Shown here: piece by piece, positions 16,514-26,193 of the stretch
How the letters are laid out: every line of letters begins with the position of its first letter
How positions within the stretch are numbered: position 1 is the first letter of the stretch
Origin: an uncultured virus (IMG/VR IMGVR_UViG_3300020582_000004)
Taxonomy: Duplodnaviria > Heunggongvirae > Uroviricota > Caudoviricetes
IMG/VR virus record: IMGVR_UViG_3300020582_000004
Direction: 5' to 3' (one strand)
DNA length: 64,000 nucleotides
The notes under the pieces: model-generated
Seen by the model: the letters and a program-made list of their open reading frames with translations, nothing else
Database searches by the model: none
What the model was told of the DNA's origin: nothing
Program-made: the position numbers and the translations under genes

Positions 16514-17059
16514 ATGCCGCGAGAACCTAAGCCATCTCTGCCGATGATCGAGGTCATCGAAGGGGAGATGTCGATCCTCCGGCTCGGGCCGGTCACGATG
16601 CAGTGCTACGCGCTCGTGACGGTGTCAGCGAAGTCTGGCTTTCAGGGTCTCCTTGGGCTCCGAAGACCCCGTATCGAGGTGCAGACAACGGGCGGAGTCT
16701 TGCACGATCCCGAGTGGTGCGAAATCGGCAACATCTGGATTGACGCAGATCCCGACGTGCCACTCGAGCACAAGGAACTGAATATCATTCATCCCGGCCA
16801 AGTGCTCCGCGCGACGCTGATGAATCACTCGAAAGAGATCCGGAACGTCACGCTTGCGATTGAAGGCGACGCGGTGCGATTCGTTCACTGGGCGCTCGAG
16901 TGTCCCAAGTACTATGAAAGTGACGAGAGCTGTCCCGATTGCCGGTGGCGGACGCAGTGTCGTCACGAGGCCTGCGAGCGCTCACCTCTTGAAGCGAAAC
17001 GCTGCGCCGAATCAACGCTTGAAGCCGTGTTCCGAAAAGAAGGTCGTATTACGCTTTAG
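16514..17059 (+). CDS. hypothetical beta-rich protein with C-terminal Cys cluster
   Basis: Divergently transcribed after TGGTAGAAT; weak resemblance to 28594..29277. Confidence 0.6.
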   Translation: MPREPKPSLPMIEVIEGEMSILRLGPVTMQCYALVTVSAKSGFQGLLGLRRPRIEVQTTGGVLHDPEWCEIGNIWIDADPDVPLEHKELNIIHPGQVLRATLMNHSKEIRNVTLAIEGDAVRFVHWALECPKYYESDESCPDCRWRTQCRHEACERSPLEAKRCAESTLEAVFRKEGRITL

Positions 17060-17550
17060 ACTGGGGTGAGAATAATGCTGTGCCAGATACTGCTACTCGG
17101 GAATACCACGACACGTCCACTCGACTCCACGCGATAATCGCGAATGCGTTCTCCTTTTCCCAGGACCCGCTGATCACGAAGTGCGGCGCCAAGTCGCGTT
17201 TTGTTTCCGAGATGTGCTGGCGACAGAACCGCATCCCTTCCACCGTCACGTTCTGAAAGACTGATTTTATGCACGTATTGAGTGTGATAGCGCAAATGAT
17301 CAGGCTTCTCTCGTATGTGCTGAACTAATCCAGAGCGCAAGAGCATCTTGCGAACGCCTGGTTTGAATTCGTACTCGACGATGATCTGATTGTCTTGTTC
17401 AATTCTTAACCAAGCAACTTTGTTTTTAGTTTTGGCATCGCGGAGTACGAAGTTCACTGTCCCCGATCCCATGTAATCCACGTCTGTCATCGCAAAACCA
17501 TTTTCCAAAAAGAAGTCTTCAAGGACCGCGAGCTGGTCTGACGTCTTCAT
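17056..17550 (-). CDS. shared-N-terminal-module family protein A
   Basis: MKTSDQLAVLEDFFLENGF...VRKMLLRSGLVQHI. Confidence 0.6.
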   Translation of the reverse strand: MKTSDQLAVLEDFFLENGFAMTDVDYMGSGTVNFVLRDAKTKNKVAWLRIEQDNQIIVEYEFKPGVRKMLLRSGLVQHIREKPDHLRYHTQYVHKISLSERDGGRDAVLSPAHLGNKTRLGAALRDQRVLGKGERIRDYRVESSGRVVVFPSSSIWHSIILTPV

Positions 17551-17810
17551 GACGTTCCCTTGTTCGGCAAAATCGTAACCGCAGTCTCCGCCATGGCTAG
17601 AGTCACTCTGCACTCGAAGCAGAAACGCGAACGGTCATCGCTCGTGAAGCGCGTGTGTTTCTCATAGGTCATTCCAATCGTGATGCTACCGCGAACCATG
17701 TGAGCAATCGAGGCTTCGGACGTGAATCCATGCCCAAGCGTGCTCGACGCGTCATTCGCGCCACGCACGATGCCCTCGATGAGCTGGCACATGAGACAAG
17801 ATGTCGTCAC
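17547..17810 (-). CDS. hypothetical protein
   Basis: CLMC...CFEC; coupled at both ends. Confidence 0.5.
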   Translation of the reverse strand: MTTSCLMCQLIEGIVRGANDASSTLGHGFTSEASIAHMVRGSITIGMTYEKHTRFTSDDRSRFCFECRVTLAMAETAVTILPNKGTS

Positions 17811-18199
17811 TGATAGATCTTCCCATCGTGGACATAGAGATTCACTTCACCAAATGAATGCGCAACGTTCGCAAGCGTATCTGAAACTTCATCAGGCCAA
17901 TCATCATGGAAACCGACCCCATGACCATTGCGCGTGAACCAAAAGTCCATACCTGCGCGTTCCATCTTAGGTGTTCCTCTAACGCGGTCAGGTGTTTCAT
18001 CGAGCACCTTCCAGGTCTTATCGAGAAAACGTTTGCAGTCAGCGATCATTCGATCCTCTGTTTTTGAATCGAGATCGTCTGGACTGTAATTACTATCTAG
18101 AGGCTCGCCTCCTGCTTCATTGCTTTCGTCGCTACTAGAAAAGAGAGCTGCTGCGACGTAGCCGTCGAAGAAGTCTTCCAAGTCACCTCGCGAGTACAT
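17807..18199 (-). CDS. acidic phage hypothetical protein
   Basis: AGMDFWFTRNGHGVGF motif; GGAG RBS. Confidence 0.7.
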   Translation of the reverse strand: MYSRGDLEDFFDGYVAAALFSSSDESNEAGGEPLDSNYSPDDLDSKTEDRMIADCKRFLDKTWKVLDETPDRVRGTPKMERAGMDFWFTRNGHGVGFHDDWPDEVSDTLANVAHSFGEVNLYVHDGKIYQ

Positions 18200-18209
18200 T
18201 CGTTTTCTC

Positions 18210-18632
18210 CTAGCGTCGCAGCTCTAACGATTCGGTTCTCGAGATCGGTGTTGTTACGCAATCGAGCACGCCATCAGGCACTGGGTCATATCCTCCGCGT
18301 TCCTGATACACGCGGACTTCGTGTTCCGGCGTCACGTAAACCATGCAGATCCAGATCACTTCGCGCCTTTGCCGACCGCGGAACTCGAACTGGTCTTGTT
18401 CTGAGATTTCGAACGCGTAGTCACCGTCATTGCCCAATCTTTTTACCGGCCCCACACGAATGATGCCGCGCGTCGTCAGTGCGTCTTCAGGATCTTCGAC
18501 GCCTTTGGTCGCCACGGTGATGGCGCAGCGCTTCTGAATGATTGTCGCGTGCTCTTTCACCGTGATGTCTTCGCTGCGCTTCTTTGCCATGTCACTTCTC
18601 ATTTCTTCAATAGGAAGTGTTCGATCAGCCAT
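18210..18632 (-). CDS. hypothetical protein
   Basis: Fills the gap in the minus-strand chain; true start probably near 18590. Confidence 0.5.
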   Translation of the reverse strand: MADRTLPIEEMRSDMAKKRSEDITVKEHATIIQKRCAITVATKGVEDPEDALTTRGIIRVGPVKRLGNDGDYAFEISEQDQFEFRGRQRREVIWICMVYVTPEHEVRVYQERGGYDPVPDGVLDCVTTPISRTESLELRR

Positions 18633-19495
18633 CCAATCGCCGTGCCGCTACCGCCAATCAAAAGCACAATGAAGCTGAGCCACTTGAACGATGTCTTGAT
18701 GGCGGTCGTGATTTCGGTCTTGAGCGTGCTGAGGTCCGTTTTGGTGGTCGTCACATCGGCTGCAACTTTGGCTACAGCGCCTTTGACTTCAGTGACGTCT
18801 TCTTTCAGCGACTTGTGATTGGAGTGAAGATAACGAATGCGAAGCTCGGTAATAAACGACGAAGAGACGCCTTTCTTCGCTGCGAGCTGAATCATGTCGG
18901 TATCAACTTCCATGTCTTCATCATAAAGCGCCGAGAGATCAGGATTGCTAGGAGGCTTGTGGGGAGGGTTCATGTTTCTATTTTCAGCGTGATCGATATG
19001 AGGTAATCGCCCAGCAAACTCGCTCATGACCGAGAGATCGCTCTTTGCCGGAAAGCTTTGAGGTTCGATCTTGGCTATTTCACGAGCAACCCCACGCTCT
19101 TCACGAGGCCCGCGTGTGCACGAGAGCTGAGCAAACTGCTCGACAGTTGCAATGAGAAGCGCTGGGCTATTAGGCCCTTTTTCGATGATCGGGACTCCCG
19201 TGCGCCGAAGCCATGTCTCAGCGAGGTAACCCATACCCGTGAAAAACACCAAACGCTTTAGGCGCGCTGGAGCGTAGATCTTGAGAGCCTGATACACCTG
19301 TTCGCCGTTAACATCGGGCATCAGCAAATCCAAAAAGGTCACGTCGAAGAGCGACGGGCCTCGCAGAATCTGAATGGCTTTCTTGCCGCTCGTCTCAATC
19401 GTGACCTCGTGACCGTACGATTCGAAGAAGCGCTGCGCCGAACGCGCTTCTTCCAAGAGGTCATCCACGACGAAGATGGCGCACTTCAAAGTCAT
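18599..19495 (-). CDS. response-regulator receiver domain fused to coiled coil and C-terminal TM helix
   Basis: IFVVDD, FLDLLMPDVNG (phospho-Asp), FFTG, IIEK; C-terminal WLSFIVLLIGGSGTAIGWLI. Confidence 0.8.
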   Translation of the reverse strand: MTLKCAIFVVDDLLEEARSAQRFFESYGHEVTIETSGKKAIQILRGPSLFDVTFLDLLMPDVNGEQVYQALKIYAPARLKRLVFFTGMGYLAETWLRRTGVPIIEKGPNSPALLIATVEQFAQLSCTRGPREERGVAREIAKIEPQSFPAKSDLSVMSEFAGRLPHIDHAENRNMNPPHKPPSNPDLSALYDEDMEVDTDMIQLAAKKGVSSSFITELRIRYLHSNHKSLKEDVTEVKGAVAKVAADVTTTKTDLSTLKTEITTAIKTSFKWLSFIVLLIGGSGTAIGWLIEHFLLKK

Positions 19496-19974
19496 TAGCG
19501 CACCCAGTTCTTGCCGTTCCAGGTGCCCCGTACCCAGTTCTTGCCGTTCCAGGTGCCCATGTGCTCGCCGTCGTAGGACGCCTCGATGCGACCATCTTTG
19601 AACTGTGTGAACTTGAACTCGTTGATGTACGAACGCTGACGTGCACTGATGGCTTTGAGCGCTTTAGGCGGAAGCGACGTATGCGCGATGTTCCAGCTAT
19701 CAGGTGCTGTTTCGAGCAAATTTCCTAAACCTTGACGCTTGAGTGCAGCTTTAACTTTAGCTGCGCCACCACCTCGATCAACTGTCGCAATACGACCATG
19801 GTTATTTACAAATAAAGATGCGCCTGCGCGTGGCGACGGCCTCTCCTCAACGCGAAGTATGCACTGGTAGTCTGAGCGCACGTCTGTGTCGAGAATCTCG
19901 AAGTCTTCTTCCATGAGCGCATCGCCGATGACAGCGCACCACTGCTTCGCGGTTCGCGGTAAAGAGGTGGTCAT
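19495..19974 (-). CDS. shared-N-terminal-module family protein B
   Basis: TAKQWCAVIGDALMEEDF...VKAALKRQGLGNLL; ends with GTWNGKNWVR twice. Confidence 0.6.
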   Translation of the reverse strand: MTTSLPRTAKQWCAVIGDALMEEDFEILDTDVRSDYQCILRVEERPSPRAGASLFVNNHGRIATVDRGGGAAKVKAALKRQGLGNLLETAPDSWNIAHTSLPPKALKAISARQRSYINEFKFTQFKDGRIEASYDGEHMGTWNGKNWVRGTWNGKNWVR

Positions 19975-20184
19975 GGCCCAAGAGTACCGAATGAGGCGCT
20001 TTTGCGCACCTTTGCGAGATTCTTTAGGTCTGGTTTTGGCTCTTCAAACGTCGCTTCAATGACGTCGCAGCAAGAAGATTGGCTGATCGCAGGAAGTGGA
20101 TTGCAAGGGCGCCTTGGGCTAGGGAAGCACGGGAAGACCTCCGTGACCGTTGGTGAGAATCCAACCCAATCGTACGCTGCGACG

Positions 20185-20514
20185 TCACTTTCGCTTTCGA
20201 GTGAACGCTGAGCCTTCTTTTGTTTGAAAGTCGCCGCTCACAATCGGAAGCCCGAACGCCTGTTCTGCAAAGGCATACATCGCCGTCGCAAGACCTTTTC
20301 GCCTGTATGCGGGTTTCACTTCGACATTCCATCCCTTAAGCGCAATGAGCCTGCCTGAGGCGTCATCGCCGTATTCGTACACGCCCACGAACTCCGCCGA
20401 GCCCGCCGCTTTCCAATCACCGACGTACGCATCGATGTTCCACTCGTTCTTGCTCGGACGCGATGAAGCGTGCAGCTCGAATTCCTTGTATTTGATTTTG
20501 CCGTCACTGCTCAC
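20185..20514 (-). CDS. GNAT-family acetyltransferase
   Basis: Motif A VEVKPAYRRKGLATAMY. Confidence 0.75.
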   Translation of the reverse strand: MSSDGKIKYKEFELHASSRPSKNEWNIDAYVGDWKAAGSAEFVGVYEYGDDASGRLIALKGWNVEVKPAYRRKGLATAMYAFAEQAFGLPIVSGDFQTKEGSAFTRKRK

Positions 20515-20516
20515 GG

Positions 20517-21185
20517 CTATCGCTCACGCCGCGTCGCAGCGACGAAGTCTCGAAGCCACGCCTTGTACTCTTTCCACGGGGTCTTTTCCATGCGCTTGCC
20601 GTAAGCGCCGGCCCAAAAGTCTTTGTGCCAATCCTCGGCTTCGCGAATGATCTCGGTCTCATCGTCTTTGTCGAGTTCGAACTTGACGAGCTTCTTTGCG
20701 GCTACGGCCGGCGCCACGTCTTGGTCGAATGACGTGAGGAGCTTCTTCTGAAACTCTTCGTCGCGTGGGTCAAAGGTTTCTTTTTCAGAGTTGTATGTCT
20801 CGATGTATTTCGATGCGTCGGTGCCCTTGATCGCTTTGCCAAACTCATCAGGCTTGAGCGTCCAGGTCCGTGCGTTCGTGTTCTCCATGAACAAGCCATC
20901 AGCTTCATCGCCGTATTCCTTTTCAAGCTCTCTCAGATGCTTGCCCTGGTGCCCACGCTTCCATTCTTCGAGAATCTCGTAGGCTTCTTGAAGTGCTCCA
21001 TCTTCACTACCGCCTTGAGCAGCGTAGATTGCAGCAATATGCGGGCCGATGCTGTCGACGTCAAAGACGATTGCGACGTGCACCGGCCAGGCATCTTCAT
21101 AAACGTCAACGACGTCGCCGTCGCCACCAATGAGGACAGCCGAACGTTCGAGAGCTTCTCGAAACTCTCCCGCGTTACGACTCAT
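20517..21185 (-). CDS. acidic hypothetical protein
   Basis: 222-aa ORF with TAATG coupling. Confidence 0.65.
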   Translation of the reverse strand: MSRNAGEFREALERSAVLIGGDGDVVDVYEDAWPVHVAIVFDVDSIGPHIAAIYAAQGGSEDGALQEAYEILEEWKRGHQGKHLRELEKEYGDEADGLFMENTNARTWTLKPDEFGKAIKGTDASKYIETYNSEKETFDPRDEEFQKKLLTSFDQDVAPAVAAKKLVKFELDKDDETEIIREAEDWHKDFWAGAYGKRMEKTPWKEYKAWLRDFVAATRRER

Positions 21186-21709
21186 TAGAGGTCTTTCTGC
21201 CTCGGCACGTCTTCAACTCCCGCCTCGTACTTGACTCCATAGTCTCGCAGCCGCCAAAGCGGACGCTTCTTCCAGATAAGGCTCAAATGACCGTTCGCGA
21301 TGAGCCACTCCATAGCGCTTTGCACGTATTGCTCACCGTAGCCGTAGGCTCTAGGCGTCTTGTGAACGCGTTTGCCGTCGACGATGATTTCGGCCGTGTG
21401 ATACGTGTTGCCAGCGTCGCGTGCGAACCATCTTTTGCCGCGGATCTCGAGCGTCTTGAACTTGGGCTGATCCTCTACGATGTATTGGCTGAGGCCGGCC
21501 TTTTTGAACGCGGCTTTGACGAAGCCTGCGGGCCTGTCCCAATCGATCATGATGTTGCCGAGGTCGTCGACTATGATAAGAGCGATATTCTCACCACGCG
21601 CTCTCGAATCACGTTTCAACGTAATAGAAGCGTCTGGATGCGTGTACGTTCCGTACCCTAGCTCCTGGAAGAAGTCGGCGATGACCTCGGCTTGCTGTTT
21701 CGCGCTCAC
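21185..21709 (-). CDS. shared-N-terminal-module family protein C
   Basis: SAKQQAEVIADFFQELGY...VKAAFKKAGLSQYI; C-domain GNTYH...YGYGEQY. Confidence 0.65.
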   Translation of the reverse strand: MSAKQQAEVIADFFQELGYGTYTHPDASITLKRDSRARGENIALIIVDDLGNIMIDWDRPAGFVKAAFKKAGLSQYIVEDQPKFKTLEIRGKRWFARDAGNTYHTAEIIVDGKRVHKTPRAYGYGEQYVQSAMEWLIANGHLSLIWKKRPLWRLRDYGVKYEAGVEDVPRQKDL

Positions 21710-22416
21710 TGAGTCGTGATGCTAGCAGCGATCGAAGAGGTTGTCGCACTGGAGGAATTCACGCTCGCGTTCGAAGAGATCGGCTCCGGAATCGCGTCCG
21801 TGAACGGATGCTTTTGGTAGTAGTCCATCGCTCGGTCAAGCCGCGCCTTGGCCTTTGGATGGCGGTCCTCGTCGCAGGACTCGCCGCTGTATCGGCAAAG
21901 CGAATGCGTCCAGCGAAGCGAATCGCGCTCGATGCGCTGGGCGACGCGAATGGCATTCTTGCGATCGGCAATCAGCTCCGGGCCACGCAAAATCGCGTGA
22001 CTCGCTCGCACTTCGGGGGACGCGTACATGAAAGAAGTGAGCGAGCCGTCCTCGAGCAAGATGTACCCATTGCCGGCAATGTGAATCTGCCAGAGCGACC
22101 AAGCATGATGGCCATCGCATCCGCCGCGGCGATCAGCCACGTAATCGGGCTTGTTACAGGAGCCGTCGTCGACGAACTTCTGGTAGCCAGTCTCCATCGA
22201 GGCGATGGCGACTTGCAGGAGCGCGGTCTTGACGCGGCCGTCGGCGTGCGCGAATGCGGGAGGCTCGCTCGAGTCGAGGGCCACGCTGACAACGTCCTCG
22301 GCAATCGAGCGCATGCGCGCATGGGCTTCGTCTTCGGTTTCGCCGTACTGCGTGAGGTTACGAACGGGGATCCACGCAAGCATGGCAGCAAAAATGTAGC
22401 TAATGAGATTTGCCAT
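21706..22416 (-). CDS. putative lysozyme/lytic-transglycosylase-like hydrolase
   Basis: IASMETGY (candidate catalytic Glu) and WSLWQI (compare GLMQ/GLWQ motif); hydrophobic N-terminus. Confidence 0.5.
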   Translation of the reverse strand: MANLISYIFAAMLAWIPVRNLTQYGETEDEAHARMRSIAEDVVSVALDSSEPPAFAHADGRVKTALLQVAIASMETGYQKFVDDGSCNKPDYVADRRGGCDGHHAWSLWQIHIAGNGYILLEDGSLTSFMYASPEVRASHAILRGPELIADRKNAIRVAQRIERDSLRWTHSLCRYSGESCDEDRHPKAKARLDRAMDYYQKHPFTDAIPEPISSNASVNSSSATTSSIAASITTQ

Positions 22417-22583
22417 CCGAACGCGGGTACTTCACGACGCGCGCGATGGCAAGCGCAATCACGACTCCCGTGCCGATCGCTAGCACGTATGATGCCAACT
22501 GGGCTTTTGCTTCGTCCAATGAAGGTTTTGTTGTCATCTTCACACCTTAAGAGGCAATCGCTCATCGAACACGTTCAAACGCG

Positions 22584-22793
22584 TTAACGCGTTCGGAGGT
22601 GCCGCGCGCGGCGTTTCTTGTGCTTGCGTTTACGGAGCGTGAGCCACAAGGGCCTCTTGCCGGCTTCACGCGCTGAGACGCGAGCGTTGGAAAGCGCTAT
22701 CGCGATAGCCTGGCGACGAGGTTTACCTCGATGGATTTCTCGACGAATGTTTTTCGAGATCGTCGAGCGACTGTATCCCTTGAAGAGCGGCAA
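22584..22793 (-). CDS. small basic phage protein (MPLxKG...SxNI...QAIAIAL family)
   Basis: MPLFKGYSRSTISKNIRREIHRGKPRRQAIAIALSNAR. Confidence 0.7.
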   Translation of the reverse strand: MPLFKGYSRSTISKNIRREIHRGKPRRQAIAIALSNARVSAREAGKRPLWLTLRKRKHKKRRARHLRTR

Positions 22794-22802
22794 GACACCC
22801 TC

Positions 22803-23009
22803 CTACTCAGATCGCGGTTTCGACACAATAAAAGAGACTACGCTAACGACGAAACCAAACAGGATTAGCGAGTCGCTCTGCTCTTCACTTGGAATAATTC
22901 CACGCTGAGATTTATTTCCAAGGAAACTGCCGACAAGTCCTAGCCCCATCATCCCAACGCCTGCAATCGCGCCCATCTCCGCGATTGTTCTGGGTGCTGT
23001 GAGTGTCAT
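22803..23009 (-). CDS. small two-TM membrane protein
   Basis: Two hydrophobic segments. Confidence 0.55.
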   Translation of the reverse strand: MTLTAPRTIAEMGAIAGVGMMGLGLVGSFLGNKSQRGIIPSEEQSDSLILFGFVVSVVSFIVSKPRSE

Positions 23010-23019
23010 CGCGCCTTAC

Positions 23020-23304
23020 TTATCGTACTTGAGCTTTTCGCTCTGCCAAATCGTGCTTTGTGAATCGTGTGCGAACTTCAAGCTTGTAACCAATTTGCTC
23101 TAGCTCGCGCTTTAGACTTGCATATTCACTTGGCTTTGCTGGCGGTAGCGATGAAGCATATCGCTCATCGCATGAAGCATGTTGACCGCTGCGTGCATAG
23201 CACAAGCAAGTGTACGGACTGTTTGTGCCAGCCAAATTCGGAAAAACTGCGAGAACATCGCCGTCTTCCTTTTTGAAAATAACCGGTACGACTTCTCGCG
23301 GCAT
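23020..23304 (-). CDS. phage hypothetical protein
   Basis: VLAVFP...CYARSGQH...EYASLKRELEQIGY. Confidence 0.65.
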   Translation of the reverse strand: MPREVVPVIFKKEDGDVLAVFPNLAGTNSPYTCLCYARSGQHASCDERYASSLPPAKPSEYASLKRELEQIGYKLEVRTRFTKHDLAERKAQVR

Positions 23305-23310
23305 GTTTAC

Positions 23311-23751
23311 TTACCGCCGTCCGAAGTGACCGAACCCGCGTCCGAATCCGCCGCCGCGACCGAAGCCGCCCCAGCCGCGTCCGCCCCATCCGCGCCCGTA
23401 ACCATGACCGTAGTACTGCGGCCACTGCGGCGCCGGCATGCCTTCTTCGACGTCGAGAATTTCAGCTGCTGGGTCCATGCCCGGAACTCCAGGAAACTGC
23501 GTCACGCTGTCGCCCGTGTAGAAGTCGCCTGCTGCGCGGAACGGCCATGCGCCCTTGGCTTTCGTGAGAGAAAGCCCATAGCCGCAGAGCGCGCCGACGA
23601 TTGCGCCCGTCGAGGCCTTCTGCTTGAGCACATAGCCGCCGATGAGCGCGCCGAGCGCAGCTCCGACGATCTCTTCGGTGTAAGCCTGAACGACCGGGGG
23701 AAGCATTGCGCGAACGGTGGACATCGTCATCTCCTGGAGCACACGGGGCAC
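23311..23751 (-). CDS. glycine-zipper membrane protein with RG/GGFG-rich tail
   Basis: GAALGALIGG / GAIVGALCG; tail GRGWGGRGWGGFGRGGGFGRGFG. Confidence 0.6.
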   Translation of the reverse strand: MPRVLQEMTMSTVRAMLPPVVQAYTEEIVGAALGALIGGYVLKQKASTGAIVGALCGYGLSLTKAKGAWPFRAAGDFYTGDSVTQFPGVPGMDPAAEILDVEEGMPAPQWPQYYGHGYGRGWGGRGWGGFGRGGGFGRGFGHFGRR

Positions 23752-24128
23752 GGCACTTCGTGGCCCGGATAGCCAATCTTACCAGCGTCCCGACAGGTCG
23801 AACAAATTGGGGAATTTGTTGACTCTTCGAGAATCTCGGCGTCCGGAATGGTTTCTTTTCCCGGCGCTCTTGCCTTACGGCGTGCGTCGCGTTCGCGACC
23901 GCTGTCGTCGACGACCACGATCTGATGCCCTGGGCCAAGTCTCAAGGGCTTTGGCTCGCGTTCAGCTTTTGGCGGTGACTGTCTCGGTCTTGGAGGCGGG
24001 GGCCATGCCCCGAAGAGCAGATCCGCGAGGACATGAGCCGTGGGTTTCAAGTCGCCGTCGTAGGCCTCTCCGAGCTTTTTGACGATGAACGGGACCTCGC
24101 CTTTTCCAGTCTTTTTCTCGTTCGGCAT
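23727..24128 (-). CDS. hypothetical protein with C-terminal zinc ribbon
   Basis: CSTC...CPVC. Confidence 0.5.
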   Translation of the reverse strand: MPNEKKTGKGEVPFIVKKLGEAYDGDLKPTAHVLADLLFGAWPPPPRPRQSPPKAEREPKPLRLGPGHQIVVVDDSGRERDARRKARAPGKETIPDAEILEESTNSPICSTCRDAGKIGYPGHEVPCPVCSRR

Positions 24129-24224
24129 CTCGTCATTCTAGACGACGAAAGCCGAGGACGCGAGCGCGCTTGTCCCCGCAGACTAACGCGCTCACGCCTC
24201 GGCTTCGGTCGAAATCAAAGTTCG

Positions 24225-24608
24225 TTAGAGCGTCGGGATTTTGACGTGCTCTTGAGTCGGGAATTGAGTCTTGGCTCCGTTTGAACCGAGCACAGATGCG
24301 GGCTGCGAATTGATGATGCCAGCGGGCTGCGACATCGCAATAGCGGGTCCTGGCGTCGCGAGGTACTGCCCATCGAGACACGTCGTCGTGCGAGCGCAGA
24401 TGCCGAGCGAGACGAGCTGCCCGGTCACTTCGCGCGCGAGCCCGATCGCGAGATCACGAACGGTGCGCGCGTCGGTGTGTTTCGTCGCCAGACTTCCGGC
24501 AATGGCCGGCAGCATTCCCAGGAAGACTTCGACGTCGGACGGACGAAAATCTCTCCGGGGTTCTGGGTGCGTCATTGCGGGCGAAGAGGCTTCTTTGTTT
24601 TCTTCCAT
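24225..24608 (-). CDS. hypothetical protein
   Basis: AGGAG RBS before ATG. Confidence 0.6.
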   Translation of the reverse strand: MEENKEASSPAMTHPEPRRDFRPSDVEVFLGMLPAIAGSLATKHTDARTVRDLAIGLAREVTGQLVSLGICARTTTCLDGQYLATPGPAIAMSQPAGIINSQPASVLGSNGAKTQFPTQEHVKIPTL

Positions 24609-24657
24609 GGTCTTTGCTCCTACGAATCATTGGTAATGCGATTATAAATTCAAAACT

Positions 24658-25581
24658 TCAACTCGGTGACGCCGTGCTCTTGTCGTCGTCCTCGGCGTCT
24701 CGAATGGGAAGCGCCGACGGGCCATTCGCCTGATGGTTTTGCGGCGCGACTTCTTCGTCGTCACCTTGGCCGCCTTGAGTCTGCGCGCTTACCTCTTGTG
24801 CTGGCGCGTACTGTTCAACAGGGAGTCGAACCACGGGCATACGTTGTGGCGCTTGCGGTTGTTGAGCATGCCGCTGAGGATGGTACGCAGCAAAAGCCGC
24901 TGACGGCGGCAGGAGCGGCTCGCTCGGCGTTGAGACTGGCGCCACTGGCCTCTGCTGAGTGGGTCGCTGTTGCGGTTGCAGCTGCGACTGCGGTGCTTGC
25001 ATTCGAGGCGGCGGTCCTTGCCTGACTTGCGAAGGGTGAGGCGCGGGCTTCGGCTCACGAAGATGCGGCGGCAACAAATGCTGCGGAGGATACTGCGGCG
25101 GATACGCTGGCTCTTGTTCGAGCTGATGTGGGTACTGCGGCGCGGGCATCTGCGGCTGACGCATGGGCGGTTGCCGCATCATCCCTGGAGGCGGCGGAGC
25201 AAAGTCACTCGGAGGCTCGCCGTTCAGCCAGCGCTCCAGCTCGCCTTGCAAGAACAGCTCGATCTGAATCTGCTCATCGAGATGTTCTTTGTCTTTTTCG
25301 AGAGCCACGCGTGCGGCGTTGAGCCAAATGCCAAGTCGATTGAGACCTTGTGGATCGTTACGAATGTATCCAGCCATTCGATTGCAATCCATTTGAAGGT
25401 TCACGAGACTCGCAGCGATTTTTTCGCTCATCTCGGCGAATGTCGCGCAGCGGCGCTTCGAGACGCCGATCATGGACATAATGACGTTCGCGACTGATTT
25501 GTCCGGGCCGAATTCTTGATCCGGATTCGGATTGCGGCTTCTTGGACGACGATTTCTGTCGCCAGGCGGGGGAAAATTCAT
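24658..25581 (-). CDS. protein with helical N-domain and Pro/Gln-rich disordered C-half
   Basis: Long ORF; TTGCTA-N17-TATCTT promoter ends 6 nt before ATG 25581. Confidence 0.65.
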   Translation of the reverse strand: MNFPPPGDRNRRPRSRNPNPDQEFGPDKSVANVIMSMIGVSKRRCATFAEMSEKIAASLVNLQMDCNRMAGYIRNDPQGLNRLGIWLNAARVALEKDKEHLDEQIQIELFLQGELERWLNGEPPSDFAPPPPGMMRQPPMRQPQMPAPQYPHQLEQEPAYPPQYPPQHLLPPHLREPKPAPHPSQVRQGPPPRMQAPQSQLQPQQRPTQQRPVAPVSTPSEPLLPPSAAFAAYHPQRHAQQPQAPQRMPVVRLPVEQYAPAQEVSAQTQGGQGDDEEVAPQNHQANGPSALPIRDAEDDDKSTASPS

Positions 25582-25637
25582 GCAGCGAAGATAAGTCAAC
25601 TTGCCGTCAATAGCAAGCGCTGGGCCTGACGAGAAAC

Positions 25638-25673
25638 GAAGAGGTGAGTGAAGAGGTCAGTGAAGAGGTCAGT
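25638..25673. repeat. 3 x 12-bp intergenic tandem repeat GAAGAGGT(G/C)AGT
   Basis: Read directly from the sequence. Confidence 0.8.
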
Positions 25674-25696
25674 GAACTTTTCAATCCTCAATCGAG

Positions 25697-25927
25697 CTAT
25701 TTCTTGCCTGATTCATCATCCGAAGGTGGCGGCCTGACTGAAGGGAATTCGCCAGGGGTTACTTTTACCTCAGGGTGATCTGCAAACCAGGCAGCCGCTT
25801 TGAAACGGCTGACGACGCGATCTCCTTTGCAAAGATCGCAGTCGATGTCCAAGCCTCGACATTTGGGGCAGCGGCGCGGTGGAAACTGGGAGCTTTTCGA
25901 CGAGGAAGACGGAGGATCGCCTGCCAT
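25697..25927 (-). CDS. small zinc-finger protein
   Basis: CPKCRG...CDLCKG (CxxCxG repeats). Confidence 0.5.
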   Translation of the reverse strand: MAGDPPSSSSKSSQFPPRRCPKCRGLDIDCDLCKGDRVVSRFKAAAWFADHPEVKVTPGEFPSVRPPPSDDESGKK

Positions 25928-26193
25928 GTCGAAAGGCTATCTCGATACGGTGTCGCGCGCTACGTACGCCTACGTTCGACGGCCGCCGTCCGCGACGCCG
26001 CGACCACCGGGAAGCTCGAACACGAACGATGAAGGCTTTCGGCTTCGCCAGCAGGTCTCGCGCCTGTGAAGATCGAGATCGGCTTGCGTGGACATGCGCG
26101 CGCCGCACTCGTTGCAACCGAATTGAAGAAACGACAGCTCGGGTTCAAAAATCGGGAAGGTCATGACAGACGTGCACGCGTTACTTACCAATT

